A stretch of 64,000 nucleotides of DNA from Octopus sinensis (taxonomy: Eukaryota): the NCBI RefSeq assembly GCF_006345805.1, contig NC_042998.1, positions 80,910,001 to 80,974,000 of the forward strand. The letters are read 5' to 3'. Below the pieces are notes generated by a model, which was not told where the DNA came from, did not search any database, and saw only the letters and a program-made list of their open reading frames with translations. Within the stretch, counting starts at the first letter, position 1; every line of letters starts with the position of its first letter. This document shows positions 41,342 through 53,762 of the stretch, piece after piece. The translations under genes were made by a program, and so were the position numbers.

Positions 41342-42090
41342 TTCTCTTTATCACAGGTTTTGTTGGAGCTCCTGGAGTCTTGCATGCGTAGTGAGCTTAC
41401 TACCAACAACTTACAATACCATGCCATTCGTTCTTTTCAGCTAATACTCTCTTGATTAATTTGGCGATGCCAAGGAAGCAAACCTTTTGTAACAGTTGTA
41501 CTTGGAACTCTATTCCAATTTCCTTTATATTCCTCTTGATGCTTTCTGATACTGTCCCCAAGGACACAACAATAATTGGCATCATCTTCACATTCTTCAT
41601 TTTCCAATGCCAGACTATTTTGTATTTAAGAGTGTTGTATTTATCTATTTTTTCACCTTACTTCTTGAATATTTATGGGTCAAAGGGGCATGCAACATCA
41701 ACTATATAGCACATGTAGTGTATCTTGTCCACCACCACTTAGTCCGGTCTGTTATGCTCTAGCACCTGATCTGTTTGGATTGGGAAATCCCAGAGGATTT
41801 TGCTAGTCTCCGAATCTGCTACTCTTTGCGGTCTGTGCTCATACAATGTCTGACCTCTCTCTAGCTCCCTCTGTCCACTTCAGGACTCCAGCGCCATACC
41901 TAACTACTGCGACTGCACGCGAGTTTATTTCTGAAATTACGTTCCTGGTATTCAGCTTTGAGGTCAATATTTTTCTCATTCGCCGCAGGTACTCTCTTTT
42001 TGTCATTTCCTTTATGTCGTGGTGTTCAATTCTATCAGCCTTAAGTAATTCCCGGGTATCTATAGCTGGATTGAGGTTGAATTGCCTTCA
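41341..42090 (-). mobile_element. R4/Dong-like LINE (same family as 4084-4865) with internal deletion
   Basis: KREYLRRMRKILTSKLN...AVVRYGAGVLKWT is joined directly to YEHRPQRV...KILWDFPIQTD...HNRPD. The (AAT)n tail on the minus strand is at 41312-41340. Confidence 0.88.
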
Positions 42091-42287
42091 TTCTTCTTCT
42101 TCTTCTTCTTCTTCTTCTTCTTCTTCTTCTTCTTCTTCTTCTTCTTCTTCTTCTTCTTCTTCTTCTTCTTCTTTCTTCTTCTTCTTCTTGTTATCGGCAC
42201 AGTTGGAATCACTGGGCCATAGGTCACATAATAACATAGGAGATTTCATGCGTGTTCTTAAAAACGTTACCCGTAAACGAGCTTAAA

Positions 42288-42364
<77 letters not shown>

Positions 42365-42540
42365 ATTATATATATATATATATATAATATATATATATAT
42401 ATATCCTTTATATATATATGTATATATATGTATATATATATATATATATACATATATACATATATATACATATATACATATATACATATATATATATACA
42501 TGTATATACATATATATACGTATATGCATACATATATATC

Positions 42541-42600
42541 ACTTTGATCACTTTGACCGACCAGTCCGTCAGGCGTCCAATTGACACCGCTGGTCACAGC
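42541..42600 (-). mobile_element. 60-bp RTE 3'-terminal copy embedded in (TA)n
   Basis: TTGACCGACCAGTCCGTC-GGCGTCCA-TTGACAC-GCTGGTCACAGC is nearly identical to 51464-51510. Confidence 0.85.
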
Positions 42601-42639
<39 letters not shown>

Positions 42640-43468
42640 CATATATATACGTATTTTATTAACTCCGGATCGATGAAATATAATTTTGACTTCGGTAAGA
42701 TCGAACAATGCATTACGTTCTTAGGATGAGCTACTCATCACCTACGAATACTTTCAGTTATCTTAAACGGAAATTATTTTGCCTTTTACATCTAATGAAC
42801 TTTAAAGTCTAAATAACATATGTTCATGATGATATTTCAACGTAGACGAAAATTTGCTGTCTGGCGTTAGTATTTAGAAACAGATACAGATGAAATTAAA
42901 ATATCAATTTACTACAACAAACTAGGTGTGATAGGATGCTGTAGATGGGGACTGGGGGAAAAGATATACAGTGATCTTTGACTTACACTTTCCTGTTACA
43001 ATTTAGAAACAGCTGCTTCATAAAAGTTTTGTATTCACCTTCAGAAAGCTTAATGATATTGCCGTCAAGATAACTAAAGGTTAAATGATAAAACTCGTCT
43101 GTAGAATATTTTTCTTATCTTTTGCCTTGTGAAAAATTTCAATAGACTACTGATTCTGTAGAGTTTATTTTCTTTTCTGTCAAACTATATCCATTTGAAC
43201 AACGAGTACGTTCACAAAAGAAATGCTACTTGCTGATGATACTGTGCTGCTGCTAAAATGGTTGCATATATTATTATTGTTGTTTGTTAACGTTGATAAC
43301 GGCTTTTGTTGTGTATCGTCGGAAATGTATAGGGAAATTTTAGGAGACCTAAAATGTTTAATACTCCATGTTTCAACAGACGTTATTTAGCATTGTTTCC
43401 TTTTCATATATGTTCATGCAATATATCTATCTCACTCACTGTGATTCTGTCTCGTATACATATTTCTT

Positions 43469-43499
<31 letters not shown>

Positions 43500-44158
43500 A
43501 TGCGCGTGCGTACGCGCAACAAAGGAAAGCAAGGTTATTTTGAATAACAGTCATGACGAATTCTCAATTTATTGGAATCATTTTCGTTTCCAGAGAGGAA
43601 ATAATTATTATTTAGAGGTAAGTTGTAACAACCTAGAACCAAATGAGAAGGTTACAAGAACTCTCTGAGAGTTTACATCCCATTAAGGAGAAGACAATCT
43701 AATTGTCTGGAGCATATGGGACAGCAGTGGACACATATTTCAGCCTTAGAAGTCCTTAGCAGAACAGTTACACTAGCTTAATAGATCGAAATATTCAGGC
43801 AAATAAATATAGAGTAGAACACGTTTATGACCTAAATAACAAAAATGTTACAAGTATTCCACCAGCGAAATTGCAGAGAAAGTCACTAGGTGGCTTTGGA
43901 TAAAGGGAACTGTCCAGGGTTTTGGTGTTACTGGGATTTAAGTTGTAACTTGATCAACTCCGGTGGCTTAAATGGGCAAGGGGTTCTAATGGTGAAACCC
44001 CGTAATTGCCTGAGACGTCAGAAACAACACTAACGATATATTCCAAACCATCTGCCAAATGTATCTCAAAATTATGTATGTATGTATGTATGTATGTATG
44101 TATGTATGTATGTATGTATGTATGTATGTATGTATGTATGTATGTATCTACCTCTCTT

Positions 44159-44204
<46 letters not shown>

Positions 44205-46406
44205 AGTATATGTGTGTGTGTGTGTATGTTTTGTAGTATCTTTCAGGTTTCACTTGTAGATTTATTTATCCATTTATTTCAAACCGGTTCTACTTCAACA
44301 ACGAGATTTCGATAATACATTAGTGGCATTTACTAATTAAAATATATTACTTTATCTGCTAGAATGCCTTTCTTCATTTTTAGGAAATGACAGATCCAGG
44401 AAGACTCTTCAGTGGGTAGGCAATCATAGTATTGTTTAAAGCAGGTTTTTTCAAGGTTTTAGATCGAAACACCTCAAAGTTTTTCTTTTACATAAACCCA
44501 ACTGAAAATTATATTGCATTAATAAAGAATCTATTCAACAACTAAATATCATACAGAATTTAGTCTGCAAATTGGTAGGCATATTTTACGAGCTGCAAAT
44601 ACCTTTTGAAAACAAACCTTCGTGTTTCGAAAAAGAAACACCTACTCTTTGCTGATTTTCAGAGCGGACAGAATTATATTATTAAGCCTCTAGAGTGGAA
44701 AGAATATTTAGGTAGAAAACTCCTGTGATGTTTTAAAACAATTACATGTGGTTGCCACTTTGTTGAGGAAGAAACATTGCAACGACAAAACAGAATTCTT
44801 TAGACAAAGAAATACACTGATAAGCTCTGGTATATTGAAGGTCTGTTGAAGCCACATAGCGTACATAACGCCTGCCATCCATTACATCTGCAAAAAAATC
44901 CCGACCTTAAGCTACAGAATGAGTTCCTGTAGTTTTCTTTTCATTTTTAGAATAGAACCCTTGAACCTTTACAGGACCTCCAATACATATAGAGGGAGGG
45001 ATACGTTATCCTTAAGAAACGAAGCTAATTAATGTTTATTAAAAATATTTTATCAAAATGCAAAAAAAGGTAGCAATTAGTATGATAGTAGTGATCGATT
45101 CCTTATTAAAGCCGATTAATTCACACATTAAATATTTTCGAGAATAATTATCTGCTTTCATAATCCCATTTTATTCAGTCAAAAATGTTGTCTGTTATTG
45201 TGGAAGCAAGAAATCAATAAAAGGTGAATAGGACTGAGAAGGAGAAGTTTAAGTGGGATGTTAAAAAATCTTGTTATGTATTCGCACTTTTAATCTGAAA
45301 TGTTTAGCTGTCATCAAGATGACAAGTTTACCATTTTGTGTAGTTTCGCAAATCAAAGCGATATTGATCATACTGTCATATTCCTGATCTAAACCTATTA
45401 GATTTTAGACGTTTGAAAGAGCTATTCAACATGATGTATTTGTTTATAGTTATTTTATAAGCACGGGAGATGTGAGGACATAGAAAAAACGAAAACGAAA
45501 TAGGATGTGGTTTTATGATATTCAATAGGCGTATAATAATATTTGCTACATCGAGAAATGTTTCTGGAGACATACATTACTAGCCATGGATTTACACTTT
45601 ATATACATATTCTCTTTCTTCCTGTACGTTTTCTCCCAAGAGAGTGTTTGATTTCAATGCCGCGAATGGAAGTAACATGTCAGATATAAACTGACAATGT
45701 CATATACAACAATGGACTGTTTTGCATTAGGCTATCTTCTGTTGCTATGGAAGGGAGGATAATGTCTGTTTTCTAAACCCTTTAACTATCTTTGGAAACA
45801 TTCGAGGTTACAAACCGGTAATATTAATTCGTCGGATTAACTGTGTTTTTGTACATAGGGTTTCTGCCCATGTCTCTCTCTCCCATTTTTTTACATATTC
45901 TTATATAATTGTTATATATAATGAACTATGCACTTGTTGCGCTCGTGTGTGTGTACATTCGTACGTATGTGCGTTCGTGTATGTGCGCGCGCGCGCGTGT
46001 CTGTGTGTCTTTGTGTCTGTGTGTCTGTGTCTGTGTGCGTCTGTGCGTGTGAGAATATGTGTATGTGTGCGTATATCTGTGTGTGTGGGTGTGTTTATTC
46101 AAAGTATTCAATTTCGATATCCGAAAGTATATAAATCATTTTCCATCGGAAAAATATTAATCCGAAGCTTTCCAATTAATGCACATGTGGACTCGTGCAT
46201 TATTTCCGTTACTAATCACTAAGGCTTATCTAGAAAAGTAAAACATGGAAATTTATTACATATGTTTCGTATTTCCAAATGAATCTTTGGAAAAGGACTG
46301 ACGCGAAGAAAATCTGTAGGTGTTTCAATATTTCTTCAAAACAATCTAATTTAGCTTACATCATCGTGTCCTTTGCCTTCCTGAATCGGAAACAAAATAT
46401 GTATTA

Positions 46407-46830
46407 CTCTTTTACTCTTTTACTTGCTTCAGTCATTTGACTGTGGCATCACCTTTAGTCGAGCATATCGACCCCAGGACTTATTCTTTGTAAGCCTACT
46501 ACTTATTCTATCGGTCTCTTTCGCCGAACCGCTAAGTTACGAGGACGTAAACACACCAGCATTGGTTGTCAAGCGATGTTGGGAGGACAAACACAGACAC
46601 ACAAACATATACACACATACATACACACATACACACACACACACACACATATATATATGTATACACATACATACGACAGGCTTCTTTCAGTTTCCGTCTA
46701 CCAGATCCACTCACAAAGCTTTGGTCAGCCCGAGACTATAGTAGAAGACACTTGTTCAAGGTGCCATGCAGTGGGACTGAACCCGGAACCATGTGATTCG
46801 TAAGTAAGCTACTTACCACACACCCACTCA
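46407..46830 (-). mobile_element. tRNA-headed SINE, family B, with internal CA/TA microsatellite
   Basis: Reverse complement of the full copy at 58453-58887. Partial copies at about 1300-1560, 16200-16345, 17240-17400, 19015-19320, 23880-24140 and 57975-58150. Confidence 0.85.
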
Positions 46831-46870
46831 TACGCTATATTCTAAACTCGTCTTTGATTTCTCATCAGTA

Positions 46871-47574
46871 TCTATAAATCTGAAATGCGAAAAGTTGGTT
46901 TGTTTGTCTGGTTTTGGCATTGGAACGGGTTAAAGGGCACTAGATCCCGTCGGATTTGCTCCAAAATTTACAGTGACATGTAAAAAGAGACTAGAATGTG
47001 AGTGGGCTAGGTTAGAAATCCCTATCTCAAAAGCTGTGGTTACTAGGGCAAAAAACCCATCACTTTGACAAGTGTATGTCGTTTCTCCCTTTCTCTTATC
47101 TGCCTGTCTTCCTCCGCCTCTCTCTCTTTCCTCCCTTCCCTTCACTTTCTCTCTATAACGACGTTTGACAACTTCTACTATTTTTACCCCGCCACCTTCG
47201 CTAGCTCTGTCATTTTTTCTCCCTCATCCTCTTTCTCTACGTCTGTCTGCATTCATAGAGAGAGTTATTATCGCCACTACCACCACACAATCACGAGAAC
47301 AATTATTAGAAATTGTCGTTTCTCTGTTTCGCATATCTGCCTGTCTTCCTTCCCTTCCCTCCACATTCGATCTATAACGACGTTTGGCAGCTTCTACTAT
47401 CTTTAACCTGCCACCTTCGCCAGTTTTGTCATTCTTTCCCCTACCTCTCTCTCTCTGTCTCTCTCTCTCTCTCTCTAAAGGTTTGTCTGCATTCATAGAG
47501 ATAATTATTATCGTCACAACCAACACACAATCATGAGAACAAATATTATGAATCAGATATTTATTGGGTTAATT

Positions 47575-47613
<39 letters not shown>

Positions 47614-47754
47614 TATATATATAAATATGTATATATAATGTATATATACAAAGTGTATATATCTATATTTATATCTATATATATATATATAATTTGTATA
47701 CATTTGTATATATAATGCGTACACACACACATACATATATATAATGCGTATATA

Positions 47755-47812
<58 letters not shown>

Positions 47813-48706
47813 AATGTGTGTATTATGTGGTCAGTTGAGCTGAAAATATGCACACCTATGTTAAAAGTGCTGGCGAATTTGCATGGCAACTATTTTTTTC
47901 CTCAAATGAAAGGCGTGATCTCTAGGACAAAATACCTCATCTTTTAAAATGTGGCCCGAGTAGACCCGAATGAAATCGGGTTATATTAACCAAAATGTGA
48001 AAAGAGGTCTAAATGGGGCTGGAAGGGGATTAAAATTTACAGGAGCGGGTGTTTAGGAATTCTCTGTTACATCAAGCTAAAAAATTTGCGCCAGCCTTTA
48101 AATCGTCAATGTGTTGCCGTCCATCATGAAGAAGTTTTGAATGCCTGCCATGGTGAGTCTACTTTCGTGAGAAAGTATCACTTCAAAACTTGGTGTTTAG
48201 GAATTTTCTTTTACATTAAGTTCAAAATTTTGCGCCAGCCGTTAAACTGCCAGTACGTTGCTGTCCGTCGTTAAGAAATTCCAGCTAAGGTGAGTCTACT
48301 ATCCTGAAATTCTAATCCCTTCAAACTTTGGTTTCCAATATTTTAAAATTTTTATTCAGCTCGCAAATTCGTCTTTCCCTTTTAAATGTTAGTGTTTTGC
48401 TGTCCGCCTTGAAGCAGACCTTTCCGTTTTCACTGTCTGATATTTATGATTGATTTTTCAAAATATTTTCTTCCTCAACTTACTTAAGATCTTTTGTTCT
48501 TTATAAATGGGAGAGAGATAGATAGAGAAAGATAAAGAGTAAAAGAAAGCGAGGGAGAGTCCAAGAGAAAGGAAGAGTAAGAGAGTGGGAAAGGGAGAGA
48601 GAAAGGAGAGAGAAACAAAGAGGTAGAATATGGCGATAAGAAACAGAAAGGAAGCAAAAGAAAATAACAACCTCACTTGCGCGTAGAGCGGGTCACCTTA
48701 AGCTAG
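46871..48706 (+). mobile_element. Candidate non-autonomous Helitron with internal tandem duplications
   Basis: A|TCTATAAATCTGAAATGCG... at 46871, and a degenerate hairpin (CTTGCGCGTAGAGCGGG) plus CTAG|T at 48703-48706. Whether the two ends belong to one element is inferred. Confidence 0.5.
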
Positions 48707-49088
48707 TCTTAAATTTTATAACTTTCAGTAAATTTGTTTTAAAGATTTTTTGCTAATAACTTTTTCACTATTTGACACATGACTTTGGATTTTCAAGCTT
48801 TTTGTTTCTCATAACAAGTTCGAGGACATCCTACTATTATCACCATGTTTCCTGTGGATTTATTGTAAATAGGATACGACGTACATTGGATATCTTCTTA
48901 TTATGTTACACCTATTGATGTTAAGTTATTCCGATACATGATTTGAAAATTAGCGAGACCAGAGAATGAACATGCGTTGATACGGAAAACGTCTATCAGT
49001 GTTGTCAGCAAACATTTGAATCTGAATGTTCCTGTGAATACACAAAGTTTGAGAAAAACACACACACACACATATATAAAACCATATG

Positions 49089-49132
<44 letters not shown>

Positions 49133-49261
49133 TATATATATACATAATATATAGTTATATGATATACTTTATATATATATATATATATGATATATATATA
49201 TATAAATCATATTATATATATATGAAGTGCTTTAAATTCCTCAAGTGGTTGTTCATAATAC

Positions 49262-50640
49262 TGCTATGCTTTCTAAATTTAATTATATAAAAGAGAATTG
49301 GAAACGATTCCTGGACGATTGTTTTATACTCTGGAATGAAAACACAGATAAACTCCTAAAATTTAAAAACCTATTGAACAGCATAAACCCAAATATACAG
49401 TTCGCAATGGAATACAACAAAAAGGAGCTCCCATTCTTGGATATACTAATTAAAAATATTAACCTTAAAATAGAAACAAACATTTTTTACAAAGCCGCAG
49501 ACGCCAAACAATACCTTCTTTTTGATTCATGCCACCCAAGACACACTAAAACAAACATCCCCTTCAACCTTGCAAGCAGGATATGCACAATAGTGTCAGA
49601 ACAAAATACCAGGAACTTTAGACTGCAAGGACTCAAAAACACCCTAATTGACAGACATTACCCAGCTCAACTCATAGAGGATGGGATCAGACGTGCAACA
49701 GAAATCAACATAGAAACTTTAAGAAAAGTTCAACACAACAACACACCTTCCCCGAAAATACTACCTTACATATCCACATACAACCCCAGAAACAAAGAAG
49801 CCCTCACCATCATCACCCAGAATTTACCAATACTTCATAAGGACCCCAAATTAAAGGAAATTCTAAACATACACCAAATCATTAAAAGCTACAAACAACC
49901 TAAATCACTTAAAAAGATTCTCACAAAGGCAAAATGTTTTCTGAAATTACGGATGCAAAAGTAAAAAAATGTGGTAGACCGAACTGTGGCAACATGTCCA
50001 AACCTGCTAGAAGGATCAGAATTCCTCTTCAAAGAGGGACAGAAATTCAAAATCAAATCTAATTTTACTTGTGCCTCTGAAAACATAATTTATGTCATAA
50101 AATGCTCGGGCTGCCACCAAGACTACGTGGGATCCACGGGACTATCACTCAGACGTAGATGCACACTGCATCAACAACAGATTGCATTCCCAGAATACAG
50201 AATGATACCCTTTAGTGAGCACATTGAAAAATGCGCAAAGCAACTACTACCATAATTTCTAATCTTTCCATTCTACCAATGTGCTATCGGAACACCAACA
50301 CAAATTAGACTAAACAAGGAAACATTCTTCATTGAAAAATACAAGCCCAAACTTAACCATTCCAACATACTTATACAGAGAAACTCAATCCAAAAGAAAG
50401 GCAAATAATTTTAAGCGATTATCTCCCTTACACCGGAAGAAATCACTTATTATCTAGATCACCGCTCAACGTAAACATAACGTTTTAAGAAATTTGAAAA
50501 GCTGAACGCGAAACCGGTCATTTCTTCTATACTATGTCATTGTATGAAAAAAATGTATAACATTCTTCAGACATATTGACTCAAATATATATTTTTTAAC
50601 CTTTTAAAACAAGCCTTCTGTAGTTTTTTCACTTTTTACT
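49262..50640 (+). mobile_element. 5'-truncated Penelope-like element: RT C-terminal half plus GIY-YIG endonuclease
   Basis: WKRFLDDCF, NSINPNIQF, LPFLDILI, YLLFDSCHP and then C-xx-C...NFTCASENIIYVIKCSGC...YVGST...RRR...H. One frameshift near 49950. Confidence 0.93.
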
Positions 50641-50641
50641 A

Positions 50642-50726
<85 letters not shown>

Positions 50727-50854
50727 TATATATTATATATAAATCATATTATATATATAAATACATATAAAGCATATTATATATATATAAGTTTATATAT
50801 ACACAATATAATGTATATATACAATATAATATATGTAATATATTTATATATATA

Positions 50855-51370
50855 CTAGCAGTATCGCCCGGCGTTGCTCGGGTTTGTAAGGGAAATAACT
50901 ATATAAGCATTTTTAGAGAGTTACATCCCTTATAGATGCCAATTCGGGCTTTCTTAGCCATTTCTGTTTTGGTGTCTTGAAGCCATGAAGTCGTTGTTCT
51001 AAAAGAACGCTGGTCTCCTTGACAACGCTTTACGACGTTGATTTCCTTACACTCCCTTCCCCACAGCTTCACGAGGGAGGGAAGAAGAGGGAGAAGCAAA
51101 CAGGTGCAGGTGTGACCATGGACGCCAACTCCGCCGTCATCGACACACGAAAAATTATGCATTAAAATGGAATAAAAAAATGATGTTAAATTATTTTTAA
51201 AATCGTAGACTCATCGTAGACGCGCGCTAATAGCCAGACGGGCTCGATATGAATCACGACTGTAAGATACCCGAATTTGGTTAAACTGCACCGCAAAATA
51301 TAGGAGTAGTTAGGAATCTAAATCGAAGGGGACAGACACTCACACAACTACAGTTTTATATATATATAGA
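50855..51370 (-). mobile_element. Uninterrupted 516-bp non-autonomous Helitron (same family as 25662-27013)
   Basis: On the minus strand, A|TC at 51370 and hairpin plus CTAG|T at 50855, inserted in TA-rich DNA. Confidence 0.92.
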
Positions 51371-51411
51371 TTATAATATATATATATACATAATATATAG
51401 TTATATGATAT

Positions 51412-51449
<38 letters not shown>

Positions 51450-51453
<4 letters not shown>

Positions 51454-52646
51454 CTTGAACACCTTGACCGACCAGTCCGTCGGGCGTCCATTTGACACTG
51501 CTGGTCACAGCACGCTGTCCTCTCCTCTCTGGATCGCGCCTTTCTCATCCACGTGATCCCAATCGTCCTCCTGAAATCGTAACTCCACCGTTGTGGAGGC
51601 CTTCCGAGTGGTCGTTTCCGCTTGCGTGGGTACCACTCAACAACTGCGCGGGACCACCGATTATCGGTGAGCCGGGTTACGTGTCCAGCGCATCTATAAA
51701 TGCTACGGGTGTATTCTGCGATGACATCCCTCTTCCCATCGATGACGACCCTCGCCCTCACCAGACGATGATCGCTGTCGGTGTTGAATGGCGTCACGAC
51801 GGAGACGTCATGTAATATGCGTCGCTTATCAACCAGTATGTAGTCGATCTCGCTTCGGTGCTTAGAGTTCGGCGATATCCAGGTCCATCTCTTCCTCTCC
51901 CTCTTCCTGAATAGGCTGTTTCCGATGTAGAGCCGCCTCGCCTCTGCAATGGTAACCAAACATTCTCCTCTCTCGTTTCTCTCTCCTATGCCAAATCTCC
52001 CGACGTACTCCTCCCTTTGTCGTCCATGTCCTACCTTTGCGTTGAAGTCTCCAATCACGACAGTGTAAGTGGACTTCATAGCCAACCCTTTGTCTAGTTG
52101 TCGATAGAATTCTTCCACCTCGTCATCGTCGCTGGAACTTGTGGGAGCATAGGTCTGGACAATCTTGAGGGTGGTCTTCCCTGAGAGGTTCACATTCAAT
52201 ACACCAATCCGTGATGATATGAACTGGCAAGAAGCGACCCCCGAAGCCCATTCCATACTTACGATGAAGCTGATACCTCCGACCGATCTAGTACCTTCTG
52301 CTCTCCCTAATCTCACAGCGCATCCATCTTGCCATCGTATACTCGCTTCCTTCTTCCAGCGTGTCTCGCACAGCCCTAACACGTCGCAACTGATCAACTT
52401 CCTCTCCTCCATTAGGTGGTTCAGTTCTCGCCACCCTGCCAAGGACCTGCAGTTGTAGGTGCATATGGCAAGGTTAGTCCTGTTCCATGACGGCCCACGG
52501 GAACCTGTGATTCTTAGCAGCCTCTCGTCGCTCGGGTTGCACTCCGCCGTCATAGAGTGGCCCGATTGACGTGCAGGGTACTGAGGCCCTTTTCCTTTTC
52601 TCTTCGTTCTTCGTGCTGTTTTAGCCATACGATGACGCCATCCCAC
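51450..52646 (-). CDS. RTE LINE ORF with apurinic-like endonuclease fused in frame to the post-RT C-terminus (RT missing), 398 aa
   Basis: YNCRSL, LCETR, YAPT, GDFNAKVG, IDYILV and SDHRLV are followed directly by DVIAEY...AGHVTRLTDNRW...RPLGRPPQRW. Confidence 0.9.
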
Positions 52647-52823
52647 TGGCTGGGCGGGCAGGCTGGCATTTTGATGGATGGCCGTTGCCTGTTCAGGAGT
52701 TTATCTGATTTTTCATCCCAGAGCGAACCTGGTGGAGTTGTCAGTTTAGTCGCCGACGACCCCACCATGCAACAGGTTGTACTGGATTACATGTTACCAG
52801 TAGCACTCTAGAGCGACCTGACA
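51450..52823 (-). mobile_element. Internally deleted RTE element flanked by (TA)n on both sides
   Basis: ~180-nt leader, the ORF above and a TCAAGGTG repeated tail. TA runs at 51417-51450 and 52824-52850. Confidence 0.85.
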
Positions 52824-53718
52824 TAATATATATATATATATATATATACACATACATATATATACAACATTTAATATATATATTCTATATGTATATAATA
52901 TAATAAAATGTGTATATATGTGTGTATGTGTATACACAACAATAAAAAGGACAGGTAGATGTCTTATATGATTTGATAGACTGAAGGTAATTGAGGAAGA
53001 CTTTCTAAAGGTTATTAATAAACTCTCAACAGGAATGAAACAAAACTTGTCACACCTGAGATGTCGCTGACTGCACGTTTGTGTCATTTAAAGATATCAA
53101 CGAAGGACGAATGCTCTGTGTTTGGGATATAATTGTAAAAAAAAAGAAAATACGAAGCTTTTTATATAGATAAGGCAGATCTGTCATGACATTCTTTGAG
53201 AGATCGGATATAGATATAGAAGACTTGAACTATTCGTTTTTCATCTTCATAGTTCCAGAACTTTTGATACTTAAATATTCCACAGTAGATATTGATGATC
53301 GACGCAGAGCCAGAAATAAACTTCCTGAGCAGAAACTGCAATGTAGTGTGTTGAAGCTTTGAGGCTTGTCCTCTTCACTGACATTTCTAATTTTCGTGCA
53401 ACTGGAAAGAAAGTAAAAGCTTCCGATTTCATCTCTCTTAAAATATAGTTTCTTTTAAACAACTCAGAAGTTAACACTTCTCATGGAAATAAAGCAGAAA
53501 TGATAGTGTTGGGACTAAAAACGAAATGCTTAGCGGTATTTCGTCTGTCGTTACATTCTGGTTCAAATTCCGCCGATGTCGACTTTGCCTTTCATCCTTT
53601 CGGGGTCGATAAATTAAGTACCAGTTACGCACTGGGGTCGATATAATCGACTTAATCCCTTTGTCTGTCCTTGTTTGTCCCCTCTATGTTTAGCTCCTTG
53701 TGGGCAATAAATAAATAA

Positions 53719-53762
<44 letters not shown>

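Noticed and set aside
52730-52823. HDV-like ribozyme at the RTE 5' end
   Set aside because: RTE leaders can carry one, and GTCAG/CTGAC pairing with a CTAA motif is visible, but I could not draw the nested double pseudoknot (P1, P3, P1.1). It needs a covariance-model search.
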